Source: Anaerohalosphaeraceae bacterium
GTDB lineage: Bacteria; Planctomycetota; Phycisphaerae; Sedimentisphaerales; Anaerohalosphaeraceae
Length of the DNA stretch: 64,000 bases
NCBI GenBank assembly: GCA_963675525.2
Contig: CAXXSL010000016.1
Location: forward strand, 832,001-896,000
Direction of reading: 5' to 3'
Part shown: positions 26,411 through 36,211 of the stretch, piece after piece
Layout of the letters: the number at the start of each line of letters is the position of its first letter
Numbering within the stretch: the stretch's first letter is position 1
Translations under genes and position numbers: made by a program
Notes under the pieces: generated by a model
Database searches by the model: none
What the model saw: the letters and a program-made list of their open reading frames with translations, nothing else
Told to the model about the DNA's origin: nothing

Positions 26411-28243
26411 TTACATTATTTTTTCCAGCAGGACTTCTTGTCCCTCGGTAAAGTGCGCACTTTCGATGTCTTCCGGGCTGATTCGCATCACCGGCTCATT
26501 GCCGTCGGCCACGGGTCCGGCTTTTACATGAACCGAACGAAGGCCGCCGTACCACCACCGTACATGGCAGGCATAAAGCAAATCGCCGGGCTGGGCGGCC
26601 ATTTGGTCCAGCGCGGCTTGTGCGACGACAACCCTATTCTCTCCGGATAAACTTTGATCCGGCTCAACAATGACCTTGACCTTACGGCCGGGCCGGCGAT
26701 TCGGCTCGCTGCCTTTAAATTGCCGCATGCCTTCTTTTTGTGTGCCGGCCACAAGCCCCATTAGCTCTGCAGATGGTTTAGGCGTTGTAAATAATGTCAC
26801 CACAACACCGATTGCACCGGATGCAATCAGTCCGAATAAGGCACGCATGAACTTATAGCTGGCGGGGCCCATCCCAAAATCAAACGGCCTCACAAGCATC
26901 TCGGGCCAGATAAATGAACACCCTATCAATGCCGCCCCGCCGGTAATTGTCGCAAATGCCGCCGCGGGCGTATATCGTTTGGAAACAATGCCCATAAAAA
27001 TGGCCGTCAGCACCGGCGGGGTGACCGCCGCCGTAAACATCCCGTGCGCACCATATATCGTATCTTTCATGAATATCGGAACCGCTGCCAGCCCCAATCC
27101 TGCCGCACATAAACTTGCGATCCGGGCAACCCGGAGATAATGTTTATCATTGCTGTCGGGCCGAATATAAGGCCTCCAGATATCATTTACAAATATCGCA
27201 CTGACAGCATTGATTAAGGAATCAGCCGTACTCATCAAGGCCGCTGTCAACGCCGCAAGAATAAAACCGAAAACGCCCGGCACGCACAAAAGATTCGCTG
27301 CCTTTACAAAAGAATCCCCCGGTTCCGTAACCAATTCCCCGTTATTGACCAGCGCCTTTGCTATCCATCCTCCGCAACTTGTCGCAACGGCCGCCAGCGG
27401 CGTCAATACCAGTATCCAGCAGACGACCATTCGCCGGGAATCCTTCACGCTTTTGAGAGAAAGGAACCGCATGATGAAACCCTGATGCATGAGCATCAGC
27501 GCGCCGGTATTCGCCAAACCATCCTGAACAAAAATACCGACAAAACTGAACTCCGGCGGGTTGTTAAACTCCGAAAAGGCGTATTTATGCGTCTGCGGAA
27601 GCAGTGACCAGAATTTATCGAAACCGCCGAAATGATAAATCGCCACGGCAAACAGACCCAACCCGGCCAGGAGCAGGATGACCCCCTGTACAAAGTCCGT
27701 CATAATAACAGCCGTCTGGCCTCCGACATAGACATACAATGCCACCACCACTGCCGTTACCGCGGCCCCGGTCATAATTTCCCACCCGAGAAGCGTATGC
27801 AGCGTTTTCCCTAACGTGATAAGATTGATTCCAATGTATCCGATGATATAGAGCAGGATAATTAATGTTGCTGCGATGCGGGTTTTCTTATCAAACCGAG
27901 CTTCCATATACTCGGGAACCGACTGGATTTTCCGGTAGTAGATAACAGGAATCCACACCAGAACCAATATCGGCATCCAGAACCAGTCGTTAAAGTATGT
28001 CTGCGTACTGCTGATGCCGTACTTGAAGCCCGCCGCACTGTATTTGATAAAACTATAACTGCCCACAACCGTCGCAATACATGAAAAGGCGATAAGCCAC
28101 CACGAAAAACGCTGCCCCCCGAAGAAAAAATCCTTTGTGCTTTTAGTGTACCGTCCAAAAAGCAAACCGAAGCCCAACACCGCAACAAAGTACACCAGCA
28201 TTACGGCATAGTCAGTTCTGGTGCCGATGGCCTGCGCTATCAT
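26411..28243 (-). CDS. sodium:solute symporter family protein with soluble C-terminal extension
   Basis: multi-TM; DFFFGG, GGQTAVIMTDFVQ, AALMSTADS. Confidence 0.92.
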   Translation of the reverse strand: MIAQAIGTRTDYAVMLVYFVAVLGFGLLFGRYTKSTKDFFFGGQRFSWWLIAFSCIATVVGSYSFIKYSAAGFKYGISSTQTYFNDWFWMPILVLVWIPVIYYRKIQSVPEYMEARFDKKTRIAATLIILLYIIGYIGINLITLGKTLHTLLGWEIMTGAAVTAVVVALYVYVGGQTAVIMTDFVQGVILLLAGLGLFAVAIYHFGGFDKFWSLLPQTHKYAFSEFNNPPEFSFVGIFVQDGLANTGALMLMHQGFIMRFLSLKSVKDSRRMVVCWILVLTPLAAVATSCGGWIAKALVNNGELVTEPGDSFVKAANLLCVPGVFGFILAALTAALMSTADSLINAVSAIFVNDIWRPYIRPDSNDKHYLRVARIASLCAAGLGLAAVPIFMKDTIYGAHGMFTAAVTPPVLTAIFMGIVSKRYTPAAAFATITGGAALIGCSFIWPEMLVRPFDFGMGPASYKFMRALFGLIASGAIGVVVTLFTTPKPSAELMGLVAGTQKEGMRQFKGSEPNRRPGRKVKVIVEPDQSLSGENRVVVAQAALDQMAAQPGDLLYACHVRWWYGGLRSVHVKAGPVADGNEPVMRISPEDIESAHFTEGQEVLLEKIM

Positions 28244-28464
28244 ATCGTATTCCCATTAGACAAATCGGGAGCGATAAAAGTAAAGAAACAAACCAAGGCA
28301 AGCAGCAGAAGATAACCGACGATTAAAACGACAATAAAACGCCGGTCTTCGGCTATTTTGACATCAAGATATTTCCCTCGCAATCCGCACAAAATCCCAA
28401 TTAAACATAAAACGCCCCCAACTCCGAACTGACAAACAATAGGCCAGACTCTCAACATATTCAT
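28240..28464 (-). CDS. small two-TM membrane protein, probable symporter accessory subunit
   Basis: 74 aa, two hydrophobic helices, GGAGG RBS, ATGA overlap with the symporter. Confidence 0.7.
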   Translation of the reverse strand: MNMLRVWPIVCQFGVGGVLCLIGILCGLRGKYLDVKIAEDRRFIVVLIVGYLLLLALVCFFTFIAPDLSNGNTI

Positions 28465-28587
28465 AAACTAAATTCCTCCAAGCTTGAGCGCATCTTTGAT
28501 TCATGAGCAATGTACCTGAAAGATTATATGTTGTCAAAACTATAAATAGGATCCCGCCGAGGTCAAAAAGTACGGCGGGAAATCCTT

Positions 28588-29091
28588 TTAATTGGGTTCT
28601 TCTGTTTTTGCGTTTCGGTTGTATCGAGCCATAGCCACGGTTCCGGTTCGGACGACGTTTTTGACGCCGTAGGGCCGGCATGAATCGATAAACGCCTCGA
28701 TCTTATTTTCCGGTCCGGCGACCTCGACCATCACGAACTTCTGCCCGATGTCCACCACTTTTCCGTTAAACATCTCGATCAGGGCCAGGATTTCAGGCCG
28801 TTTTTCGGCGGTACAGGCCACGCTGATGAGCATCAGGTCTCGGGCAACAGTGTCCTGACCGGCAAAGTCCTGAACTTTCACGACCTCGATGATCTTCAGC
28901 AGTTGCTTACGGACCTGTTCAACGACCTTGTCGTCGCCAACAACCACGATGGTCATCCGGCTGATATTCGGGTCATCCGTTCGGCCCACCGCCAGTGAGT
29001 CGATATTAAAGGCGCGGGCGGCAAACATCCCCGCGACATGGGCCAGAACACCGGGCTTATTTAAAACCAAAGTACTTAATATATGTTTCAT
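28588..29091 (-). CDS. ilvN: acetolactate synthase small subunit
   Basis: ACT domain NKPGVLAHVAGMF..RAFNIDSL; C-terminal VRTG.VAM.R. Confidence 0.96.
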   Translation of the reverse strand: MKHILSTLVLNKPGVLAHVAGMFAARAFNIDSLAVGRTDDPNISRMTIVVVGDDKVVEQVRKQLLKIIEVVKVQDFAGQDTVARDLMLISVACTAEKRPEILALIEMFNGKVVDIGQKFVMVEVAGPENKIEAFIDSCRPYGVKNVVRTGTVAMARYNRNAKTEEPN

Positions 29092-29107
29092 TGTAATCTC
29101 CAGAAAA

Positions 29108-29135
29108 AACTCGAAATTCTAATTCCTAAATCCTA
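29108..29135. repeat. heptamer tandem repeat between ilvB and ilvN
   Basis: aactcga aattcta attccta aatccta. Confidence 0.55.
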
Positions 29136-29158
29136 AACAAATTAGAATTTTCCTTATT

Positions 29159-30874
29159 TTACGCCATTTCAAAGATATCCAGCCCGTCCATTTCGTGGAG
29201 GCTCTTTCCGGCGGGGACCATTGGCCAGACGTTTTCTTCCTGGTCCACGCGGAAATCCACAACGACCGGCTTGGTTTCGGCAAGCATCTGTTTCATTGCT
29301 TCGGGGACCTGGTCTTTTTTGTCCACGGTCATGCCGACACAGCCGAACGCGCGGGCAAGAGTGGCAAAGTCCGGATTTACCAGCGAACTTTGCGAATAGC
29401 GGCGGCCGTAGAATAACTCCTGCCACTGGCGAACCATGCCCATGAAGCCGTTGTTGAGCAGCACGACTTTGACCGGCAGATTGTACATGACGGCTGTCGA
29501 AAGCTCGGTCAGGGTCATGTTGAAGCTGCTGTCGCCGTCGACATCAACCACGATTTTGTCCGGATAGGCAGCCTGTGCGCCGATTGCCGCTGGCAGGCCG
29601 TATCCCATGGTGCCCAGTCCGCCGGATGTAACCCACTGACGCGGTGTACCGTACTTGAAGAACTGGGCGGCCCACATCTGGTGCTGGCCGACGCCGGTTG
29701 TGATAATCGCATCGCCGCCGGTTTGCCGGTAAAGCTCTTCGAGCACATACTGGGGCTTAATGGTGTCCGTGTTCCTGTCATAGGTGAACGGGTGCTTTGC
29801 CTTCCAGGCGGCAATGGTTTCAAACCATTCCTTTCGCGGCTTGTATTCAACCTTTTCAAGCAATGCCTGGAGTACCTGTTTTGCATCACCGACGACGGGG
29901 ATGTCCGTATGAATATTCTTGCCGATGTTGGCGGGGTCGATGTCAATGTGGACAATCGTCGCATTGGATGCGAATGTTTCCAGCTTGCCGGTGACGCGGT
30001 CGTCAAACCGTGCGCCGACGGAAATCAGCAGGTCGGAGTGCTGAACGGCATAGTTGGCATAGGCCGAGCCGTGCATGCCGAGCATGTCCAGCGATTCGGG
30101 GCGGTTCTGGTCATAGGCGCCCAGTCCCATCAGCGTTGTCGTAACGGGGATATTGGCTTTCTGTGCCAGCGCTCGAAGTTCCTCGGAAGCATTGGAGATA
30201 ATGACGCCGCCGCCGACATACAGAACGGGTTTTTTGGATTCGTTGATCGCGTCTGCTGCGGTCGTGATCTGTCGAGCATGTCCCTGGATACGATTTTTAA
30301 AGCCCGGCAGCTCGATCTCGGTTTTCGGCGGGATCGGGCACTCGGCGATCTGCATATCCACCGGGATATCGATCAGGACCGGTCCGGGACGCCCGTTGGA
30401 GGCGATAAAAAACGCCTCGCGGATTGCCTGGGCCAATTCGTTTGGATCTTTAATAATCATATTATGCTTCGTGACCGGGCGGGTAATGCCGGTGGTGTCC
30501 GCTTCCTGGAAGGCATCGTTGCCGATCAGGGACGTGCGAACCTGCCCGGTGATGGCAACGAGCGGAATCGAATCCATCATTGCCGTTGCCAGTCCGGTGA
30601 CAAGGTTGGTTGCCCCGGGGCCGCTGGTGGCGATAACGACGCCGGTTTTGCCGGTGGCGCGGGCGTAGGCGTCGGCCATGTGGCAGCCGCCCTGTTCGTG
30701 ACGGGGGATGATGAACTTGATCGGGGCATCATACAATTTGTCGAAAAGGGGCAAAACCACGCCGCCCAGATAGCCGAACATGACCTCGACACCCTGTTCG
30801 ACGAGCATGTCGACGATGACCTGTGAGCCGGGCTTGTAAATCGTTTCGCCTGTATTTTTGTTATTTTTGCTCAT
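29159..30874 (-). CDS. ilvB: acetolactate synthase large subunit
   Basis: RHEQGG.HMADAYAR, TSGPGATN, DAFQEAD, GARFDDRVTG, GGLGTMGYG, GDSSF, GMVRQWQ. Confidence 0.98.
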   Translation of the reverse strand: MSKNNKNTGETIYKPGSQVIVDMLVEQGVEVMFGYLGGVVLPLFDKLYDAPIKFIIPRHEQGGCHMADAYARATGKTGVVIATSGPGATNLVTGLATAMMDSIPLVAITGQVRTSLIGNDAFQEADTTGITRPVTKHNMIIKDPNELAQAIREAFFIASNGRPGPVLIDIPVDMQIAECPIPPKTEIELPGFKNRIQGHARQITTAADAINESKKPVLYVGGGVIISNASEELRALAQKANIPVTTTLMGLGAYDQNRPESLDMLGMHGSAYANYAVQHSDLLISVGARFDDRVTGKLETFASNATIVHIDIDPANIGKNIHTDIPVVGDAKQVLQALLEKVEYKPRKEWFETIAAWKAKHPFTYDRNTDTIKPQYVLEELYRQTGGDAIITTGVGQHQMWAAQFFKYGTPRQWVTSGGLGTMGYGLPAAIGAQAAYPDKIVVDVDGDSSFNMTLTELSTAVMYNLPVKVVLLNNGFMGMVRQWQELFYGRRYSQSSLVNPDFATLARAFGCVGMTVDKKDQVPEAMKQMLAETKPVVVDFRVDQEENVWPMVPAGKSLHEMDGLDIFEMA

Positions 30875-31205
30875 ATTTTAACTCCTTAACGTAATAAGGT
30901 GATTTTCTGTGAATTGGCGCAATGATATCACTGCAACAATAAGGGGGTGGCGCAGGAGAAACCTCCCGCAAGGCTTGTGTTTCCATAATGTGTCTCCAAT
31001 CCTGTTAAACATCTCGTTATTCCAGTGTTTGCAGGGTTTTAGGGCAATTATCGATAGGACCGATCCGACCGCACCGAGCGATTCGGACCCGTCCATATCG
31101 GGATACGCTGCCCCGATACTGCAACACTCAAACCACAATCTTAACTTGTGCCAGGGACGCGAAAACGCGTTTGCTTACATCTCACGTCAGAGCATAAGAA
31201 TAATT

Positions 31206-31234
31206 ACTATACGATTATTATCAGCAAAAGTCAA
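31206..31234 (-). promoter_or_regulatory. sigma70-type promoter of ilvBN giving a leader of about 325 nt
   Basis: minus strand TTGACT-17 nt-TATAGT. Confidence 0.6.
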
Positions 31235-31278
31235 TAATTGCTTGAGCTTGTCCTTTTTCGCCGATTGGGCGAAAATCT

Positions 31279-31307
31279 TTGACAAAATCGGACGAAATCA
31301 GTACAAT
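31279..31307 (+). promoter_or_regulatory. sigma70-type promoter of the GLUG-protein cluster
   Basis: TTGACA-17 nt-TACAAT. Confidence 0.6.
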
Positions 31308-31372
31308 AATAAGGGTCTATCGCTACTGGTTTTAAAGGGTTTTGGGTATTTTAATGCGAGGGAGGCATTATT

Positions 31373-31728
31373 ATGAAAGGAGTGGTATTTATTTTGTTAT
31401 TATCGTGTGGATGACTCTCGGGGCGGCGACGTTCGCCTACGACTGGGACAGCAATCCCGTTTGCAGTGGAGAACATGCAGGGAGCCTCTGACCCGTATGG
31501 AAAAAATTTCTGAGCCGAATCAATTGATGGCGATCGGCTCCGATCCGGACCTGCTTGACAAGCACTTTATCCTCACTAATGATATTGTCTTCGATCCCAA
31601 TAATAATCCGAATCATGCATTTCAATCAGCCCTTGATTGCCTACGGTGTTCTCGAAAACGGCAGCGGGCCGCGTTTTACCGGTTCTTTTGACGGCAATTT
31701 TAAAGTTATCCGCAATTTCAAAATCAAT
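31373..31728 (+). pseudogene. 5' fragment of a GLUG-motif secreted protein (copy A), frameshifted and truncated
   Basis: GGAGG RBS; pieces across frames: AYDWDSNP, ISEPNQLMAIGSDPDLLDKHFILTNDIVFDP, FTGSFDGN; close DNA match to 31925-32110. Confidence 0.7.
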
Positions 31729-31797
31729 AGTTTTGAGTTCTCAGTTTTTAGTTCACAGGTGTCGATTCGACAATCGTCAATCGAAAGTTGTCAAAGT
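31729..31797. repeat. two heptamer tandem tracts
   Basis: agttttg agttctc agttttt agttcac; gattcga caatcgt caatcga aagttgt. Confidence 0.55.
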
Positions 31798-31812
31798 ATT
31801 GAGGGAGACATT

Positions 31813-33251
31813 ATGAGGAGCGGAATTTGTTTTTTTGCTGTCGTATGGGTCAGTTTCGGCGCATCCGCATTCGGGTATGACTGGCAGACAATCCCGGCAG
31901 CGGGTATCCCAACAATCCGTATCAAATCAGCGAACCGAACCAGTTGATGGCTATCAGCTCCGATTCGGTGCTGTTGACGAAGCATTACATCCTGACCCAT
32001 GATATTGTCTTTGATCCAAATCATAATCCCAATCATGTTTTCAGATCAGCCCTTGATTGCCTACGGTGTTCTCGAAAGCGGCGGCGGCCCGCGTTACCGG
32101 TTCTTTTAACGGAAATGATAAAACAATTTACAATCTGAAAATTATCACCTCGGGACCATGCAGCGCTCTGTTTGGTGCGACAAAAGAAGCGGTCATCAAA
32201 AATCTTAAGATGAAGAATACCATCGTTCTCTCAGAGGGTAACATAGCAGCCGGTTTGATTGCACTGATGGACTATGGAACCGAGTTGGATCATTGACTCT
32301 GTCAGCGGTCGGATAAGCGGCGTCCAAAAAGTTGGCGGCATGGTTGGATTGGCACCCATGTATACCTATTGGCCTCCTCCGCCGGCGCATCCTGCGGCGA
32401 CCATCAACAATTGTTTCAGTGAAGGAACTCGTCATCGGGTCAAATGGATGTCGGCGGATCTGGTTGGCGATTTTACGGGGCAAAATGTCACATTGCGGCA
32501 GTACGTCAACCGTACAAGGCACCGGCGTGAGCATGTGGATTGGCGGATTAGTGGCTTACCACGGCTATGACGAAATATCCGACCAGAATATAATGACGCA
32601 ATGTTTCAGCCGCGGGCCGGGTTTATGGAAGTGACAACAGCATGTTTGTAGGCGGCTTAGCGGGCGGGATTACAGTACCGGTTTATGATTCTTACAGTGA
32701 TGGAATAGTTGCCGTTGGAAACAATAGCCAGAATATAGGGGGATTTACCGCCGTTATGAACACGGGCGGGCATTATCTCGGCATCCGGTATCGCGGTGAA
32801 TTGTTACAGTGCCACACGTATCTCTGCCGGAGCAGGTAGCAGTTGGGTCGGCGCTTTCAAAACGACAGGCGGTTCATTAGAGCATTGTTACTTTCTGGCA
32901 TCCGCGGGGCCGGATAATGGGTTTGGTACGCCGCTGGATGATCCGAATATGATGATTCCGGCCAATTTCTCTGGCTGGGATTTTTTGGGTGAAGACACGA
33001 ACGGAGAAAACGAAATTTGGCGGATGTGTGTGGACGGGGTGGACTATCCACGACTGAGCTGGGAGTTTGCTCAGAATGGAGACTTTGCCTGCGGTGACGG
33101 TGTGGATTTGGCGGATTTGCAGGCACTGGCAGAACATTGGCTATTGGTGGGTACGGCCCACCCTACAGAATTTAGCTACGCCTGCGATGCCAACGGTGAC
33201 GAGCAAATTGATCTGAAAGATTTCGAAGAATTGTCGGAAAACTGGCCGTAA
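31813..33251 (+). pseudogene. GLUG-motif secreted protein with dockerin-like C-terminus (copy B), multiple frameshifts
   Basis: fragments VGGMVG, IGGLVAY, VGGLAG, NCYS, WDFLGE..NG..EIWRMCVDGVDYPRLSWEF, DANGDEQIDLKDF in different frames. Confidence 0.75.
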
Positions 33252-33321
33252 TTTGCAACAGGCTTGCGTCATCGGCATCTGAAAGTATAAAGGGCAACAG
33301 ACTGATTGAAAGGAGGTCGCC

Positions 33322-34536
33322 GTGGCCAACAAAAAATATATTTTCGTTCTTTCAGCAATTATTTGCATGATGGGATGGTCCTTTAGCGGCACCTACGGCG
33401 GCGGGTCGGGGATGCCGGAAGATCCTTACCTCCTCTCGAATCCTGCGCATCTGGTTGAATTATCGGTTACCGAAGCGGACTGGAGGTGGGATTTTGTTTG
33501 ACAGCGGATATCGATATGACAGGCGTCAACATCACGCCTATAGGTTTGTTTACCGGTGTATTTGACGGCGACGGCCACACAATCAGTAATTTGACGTTTG
33601 ATTCGGCTGTGGGCCTTGTGGGATTATTCCGATTTATCGGATATGAGGATTACGGAGTGCCCGGTATTGTCAAAAATCTTCACCTGGAAACGTTTCCATC
33701 ACCGGCGGGGCTGGGTGTCGGGCGATCACCGGTGTGCTTTCTGTGGGGGAAATTTTTAATTGTTCGGCAACGGGTAGCGTACACGGGTATTGGGGAGATA
33801 TTAATTACACGGTTCGTGCCGGTGGCATTGCCGGAAGCGTCGGCTCTGACGGTTCGATTCATCAATGCTGGTCGGCCCTGCTCAGTGAGCGCTGCATATG
33901 TACAAGGGGTACAGAACGCCTACGTGGCGGACTTGTCGGACAGGAATTATGGAACGGTTTCTGACTGTTATTCGCTTGGTTCGGTATCGGGCGAATATGC
34001 CGGAGGTTTGTTGGCTTATTGTATAATACATCATATCCTAACGCCAGCATCAGTAATTGTTACAGTACCGGGCATGTCGAGCAAAGCAGTCGTTTGCCGG
34101 GGGGTTTGCAGGGCAGTATTGGAGCGGGACGTTTACGGATTGTTTCTGGGATACGGAAACCGGTGGGACGACAGATGCAATTGGTGATGGTTCGGCAACC
34201 GGGATTCTGGGCAGGACGACAACCGACATGAAAACACAGGCAACCTTTACCGACTACACGTGGGATTTTCTGGGTGAGGATACAAACGGTGAAAATGAAA
34301 TCTGGCGGATGTGTGTTGATGGGGTTGAGTATCCGCGGCTGAGTTGGGGAGTTTTCCAGAAATGGTGACTTTGCCTGCGAAGACGGCGTGGATTTGGCGA
34401 TTTGCAGGCACTGGCCGAGCATTGGCTATTGGTGGGCACGGCCCACCCTACAGAATTTAACTACGCCTGCGATGCCAACGGTGACGAACAGATCGACTTG
34501 CAGGATTTCTCGGTGCTGGGTAAAAATTGGCAGTGA
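33322..34536 (+). pseudogene. GLUG-motif secreted protein with dockerin-like C-terminus (copy C), multiple frameshifts
   Basis: AGGAGG RBS; YGGGSGMPEDPYL, LTADIDM, FTGVFDGDGHTISNL, CFWDTET; 3' end paralogous to 32976-33251. Confidence 0.75.
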
Positions 34537-34542
34537 ATACCA

Positions 34543-34570
34543 AGCAGAGGGCAATAGGCAGAAGGCAGAA
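34543..34570. repeat. heptamer tandem repeat
   Basis: agcagag ggcaata ggcagaa ggcagaa. Confidence 0.5.
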
Positions 34571-34682
34571 AACCCGTGTTTCCTGGGGTATTGACTTTTG
34601 GGTGGGATTAGGTATTCTATGACTCTTTCGGGTATCTGAAGAGTCACTATTACGGCTGGAATGGTCGGAGAACAAACCACGT

Positions 34683-35129
34683 ATGGAACCACTTGAAGCG
34701 GGGCTGCCTGTTGAGGCGGCCAACCCCTGCATCACCTGCGGGGCGTGCTGTGCTTATTTTCGTGCATCTTTTTACTGGGCCGAGACTGACGTGTCTGCCG
34801 GCGGAACCGTTCCGGCTGACCTGACGGAAAAGCTCAATGATTTCCGCGCGTTGATGCGCGGCACCAACGGGACGAATCCCCGCTGTATCGCGCTGCTGGG
34901 CCAGATCGGTCAGAGCGTCGGATGCAGTATCTATGCCCTTCGCGCCTCGGTCTGCCATGATTTCAAGATGTCCTGGGAGAACGGCATCCACAATGACCGT
35001 TGCGATAAGGCCCGCGCGGCGTGGGGACTGCCACCGTTAGAGCCGCCGGCAATACTGCCGACCGGCGAGCCGGAAAATCCCGATGATGTCAATCCGCCCA
35101 ACCGACCGCTTGTTCCGTTTGCGGCGTAA
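34683..35129 (+). CDS. YkgJ-family cysteine cluster protein
   Basis: [43 protein letters not shown]. Confidence 0.9.
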   Translation: MEPLEAGLPVEAANPCITCGACCAYFRASFYWAETDVSAGGTVPADLTEKLNDFRALMRGTNGTNPRCIALLGQIGQSVGCSIYALRASVCHDFKMSWENGIHNDRCDKARAAWGLPPLEPPAILPTGEPENPDDVNPPNRPLVPFAA

Positions 35130-35237
35130 GAGAAGGACGATTGGGGCTTGGGGGAGTTTTGCTTGCAATATATCACAGATCGGCTTCGTTCTTGTTTAAC
35201 GACGGAAAAAACCCAATATCAAACAGAACGGGAGTTA

Positions 35238-36124
35238 ATGATGCGTTATCTGGCGTTGATATGCTGTATCTTTGTCATGGCCGGCTGCATGTCCGCTGCG
35301 AAATCTAAACAAGCCTCTCCAAGGCTCCGGCAGAAGTGTATGCGGCTGAAGGCTATGCACTGGTTTGGTCGGATGAGTTCAATACTGACGGCCCGCCGGA
35401 CCCCAACAACTGGACGCATGAACAGGGATTTATGCGGAACCAAGAACTCCAGTGGTATCAGTTGGACAATGCCTTTTGCGAAAACGGGTGGCTGATTATC
35501 GAAGGACGGCGGGAAAACCTGTCGAATCCCCAGTACGATCCCGAAAGCCGCCGCTGGCAGCGCAGCCGGGAGCAGGCGGAGTATACATCGGCCTGCCTGA
35601 AAACGGTTGGGCTGCAGGAGTGGCTGTATGGACGATTCGAAATACGTGCACGCATCGACACCCGGCCGGGACTGTGGCCGGCGATCTGGACATTGGGTTC
35701 GGCTCGCGGGTGGCCGGGCTGCGGCGAGATCGATATCATGGAGTATTACGACGACAGTATTCTCGCAAATGCCTGCTGGGTTGGCGGCCAGTCCGAAAGA
35801 CGCAGAGGACAACGGGCAGTGTGGGACGGTGCGAAGAAACCGATCAGCGAATTTAATGACCCGGCGTGGGGCTCCAAAATCCATGTCTGGCGAATGGATT
35901 GGGATGAAAATGCCATCCAGCTTTTTGTCGATGACACATTGCTCAATACCATCGAGATCGAAAAAACCATCAATGAGCGTTCAGGAATCACACCATTTCG
36001 GGAACCGCACTATCTCCTGCTTAATCTGGCGATCGGCGGCGACCGCGGCGGTGATCCGTCGCAAACCACATTTCCCTCACGATACGAGATCGATTATGTG
36101 CGGGTGTATCAAAAACAGCCCTAA
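35238..36124 (+). CDS. glycoside hydrolase family 16 lipoprotein, with one frameshift near 35320
   Basis: lipoprotein signal (MAGC) from ATG 35238 is in a different frame from LVWSDEF, GLWPAIW, GEIDIME, DYVRVYQ (ORF 35336-36124). Confidence 0.85.
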
Positions 36125-36211
36125 AAGAAACCAATCTAATAATTGTTTACGAATCTTTCATTTCAATGTAATATATCTTGAACAAACTAACATTAATTTG
36201 TGAGAGGCATT

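Noticed and set aside
34620..34700. Riboswitch upstream of the YkgJ gene
   Set aside because: Only a simple hairpin (TGACTCTT...AAGAGTCA); no convincing match to ZTP, fluoride or guanidine consensus.
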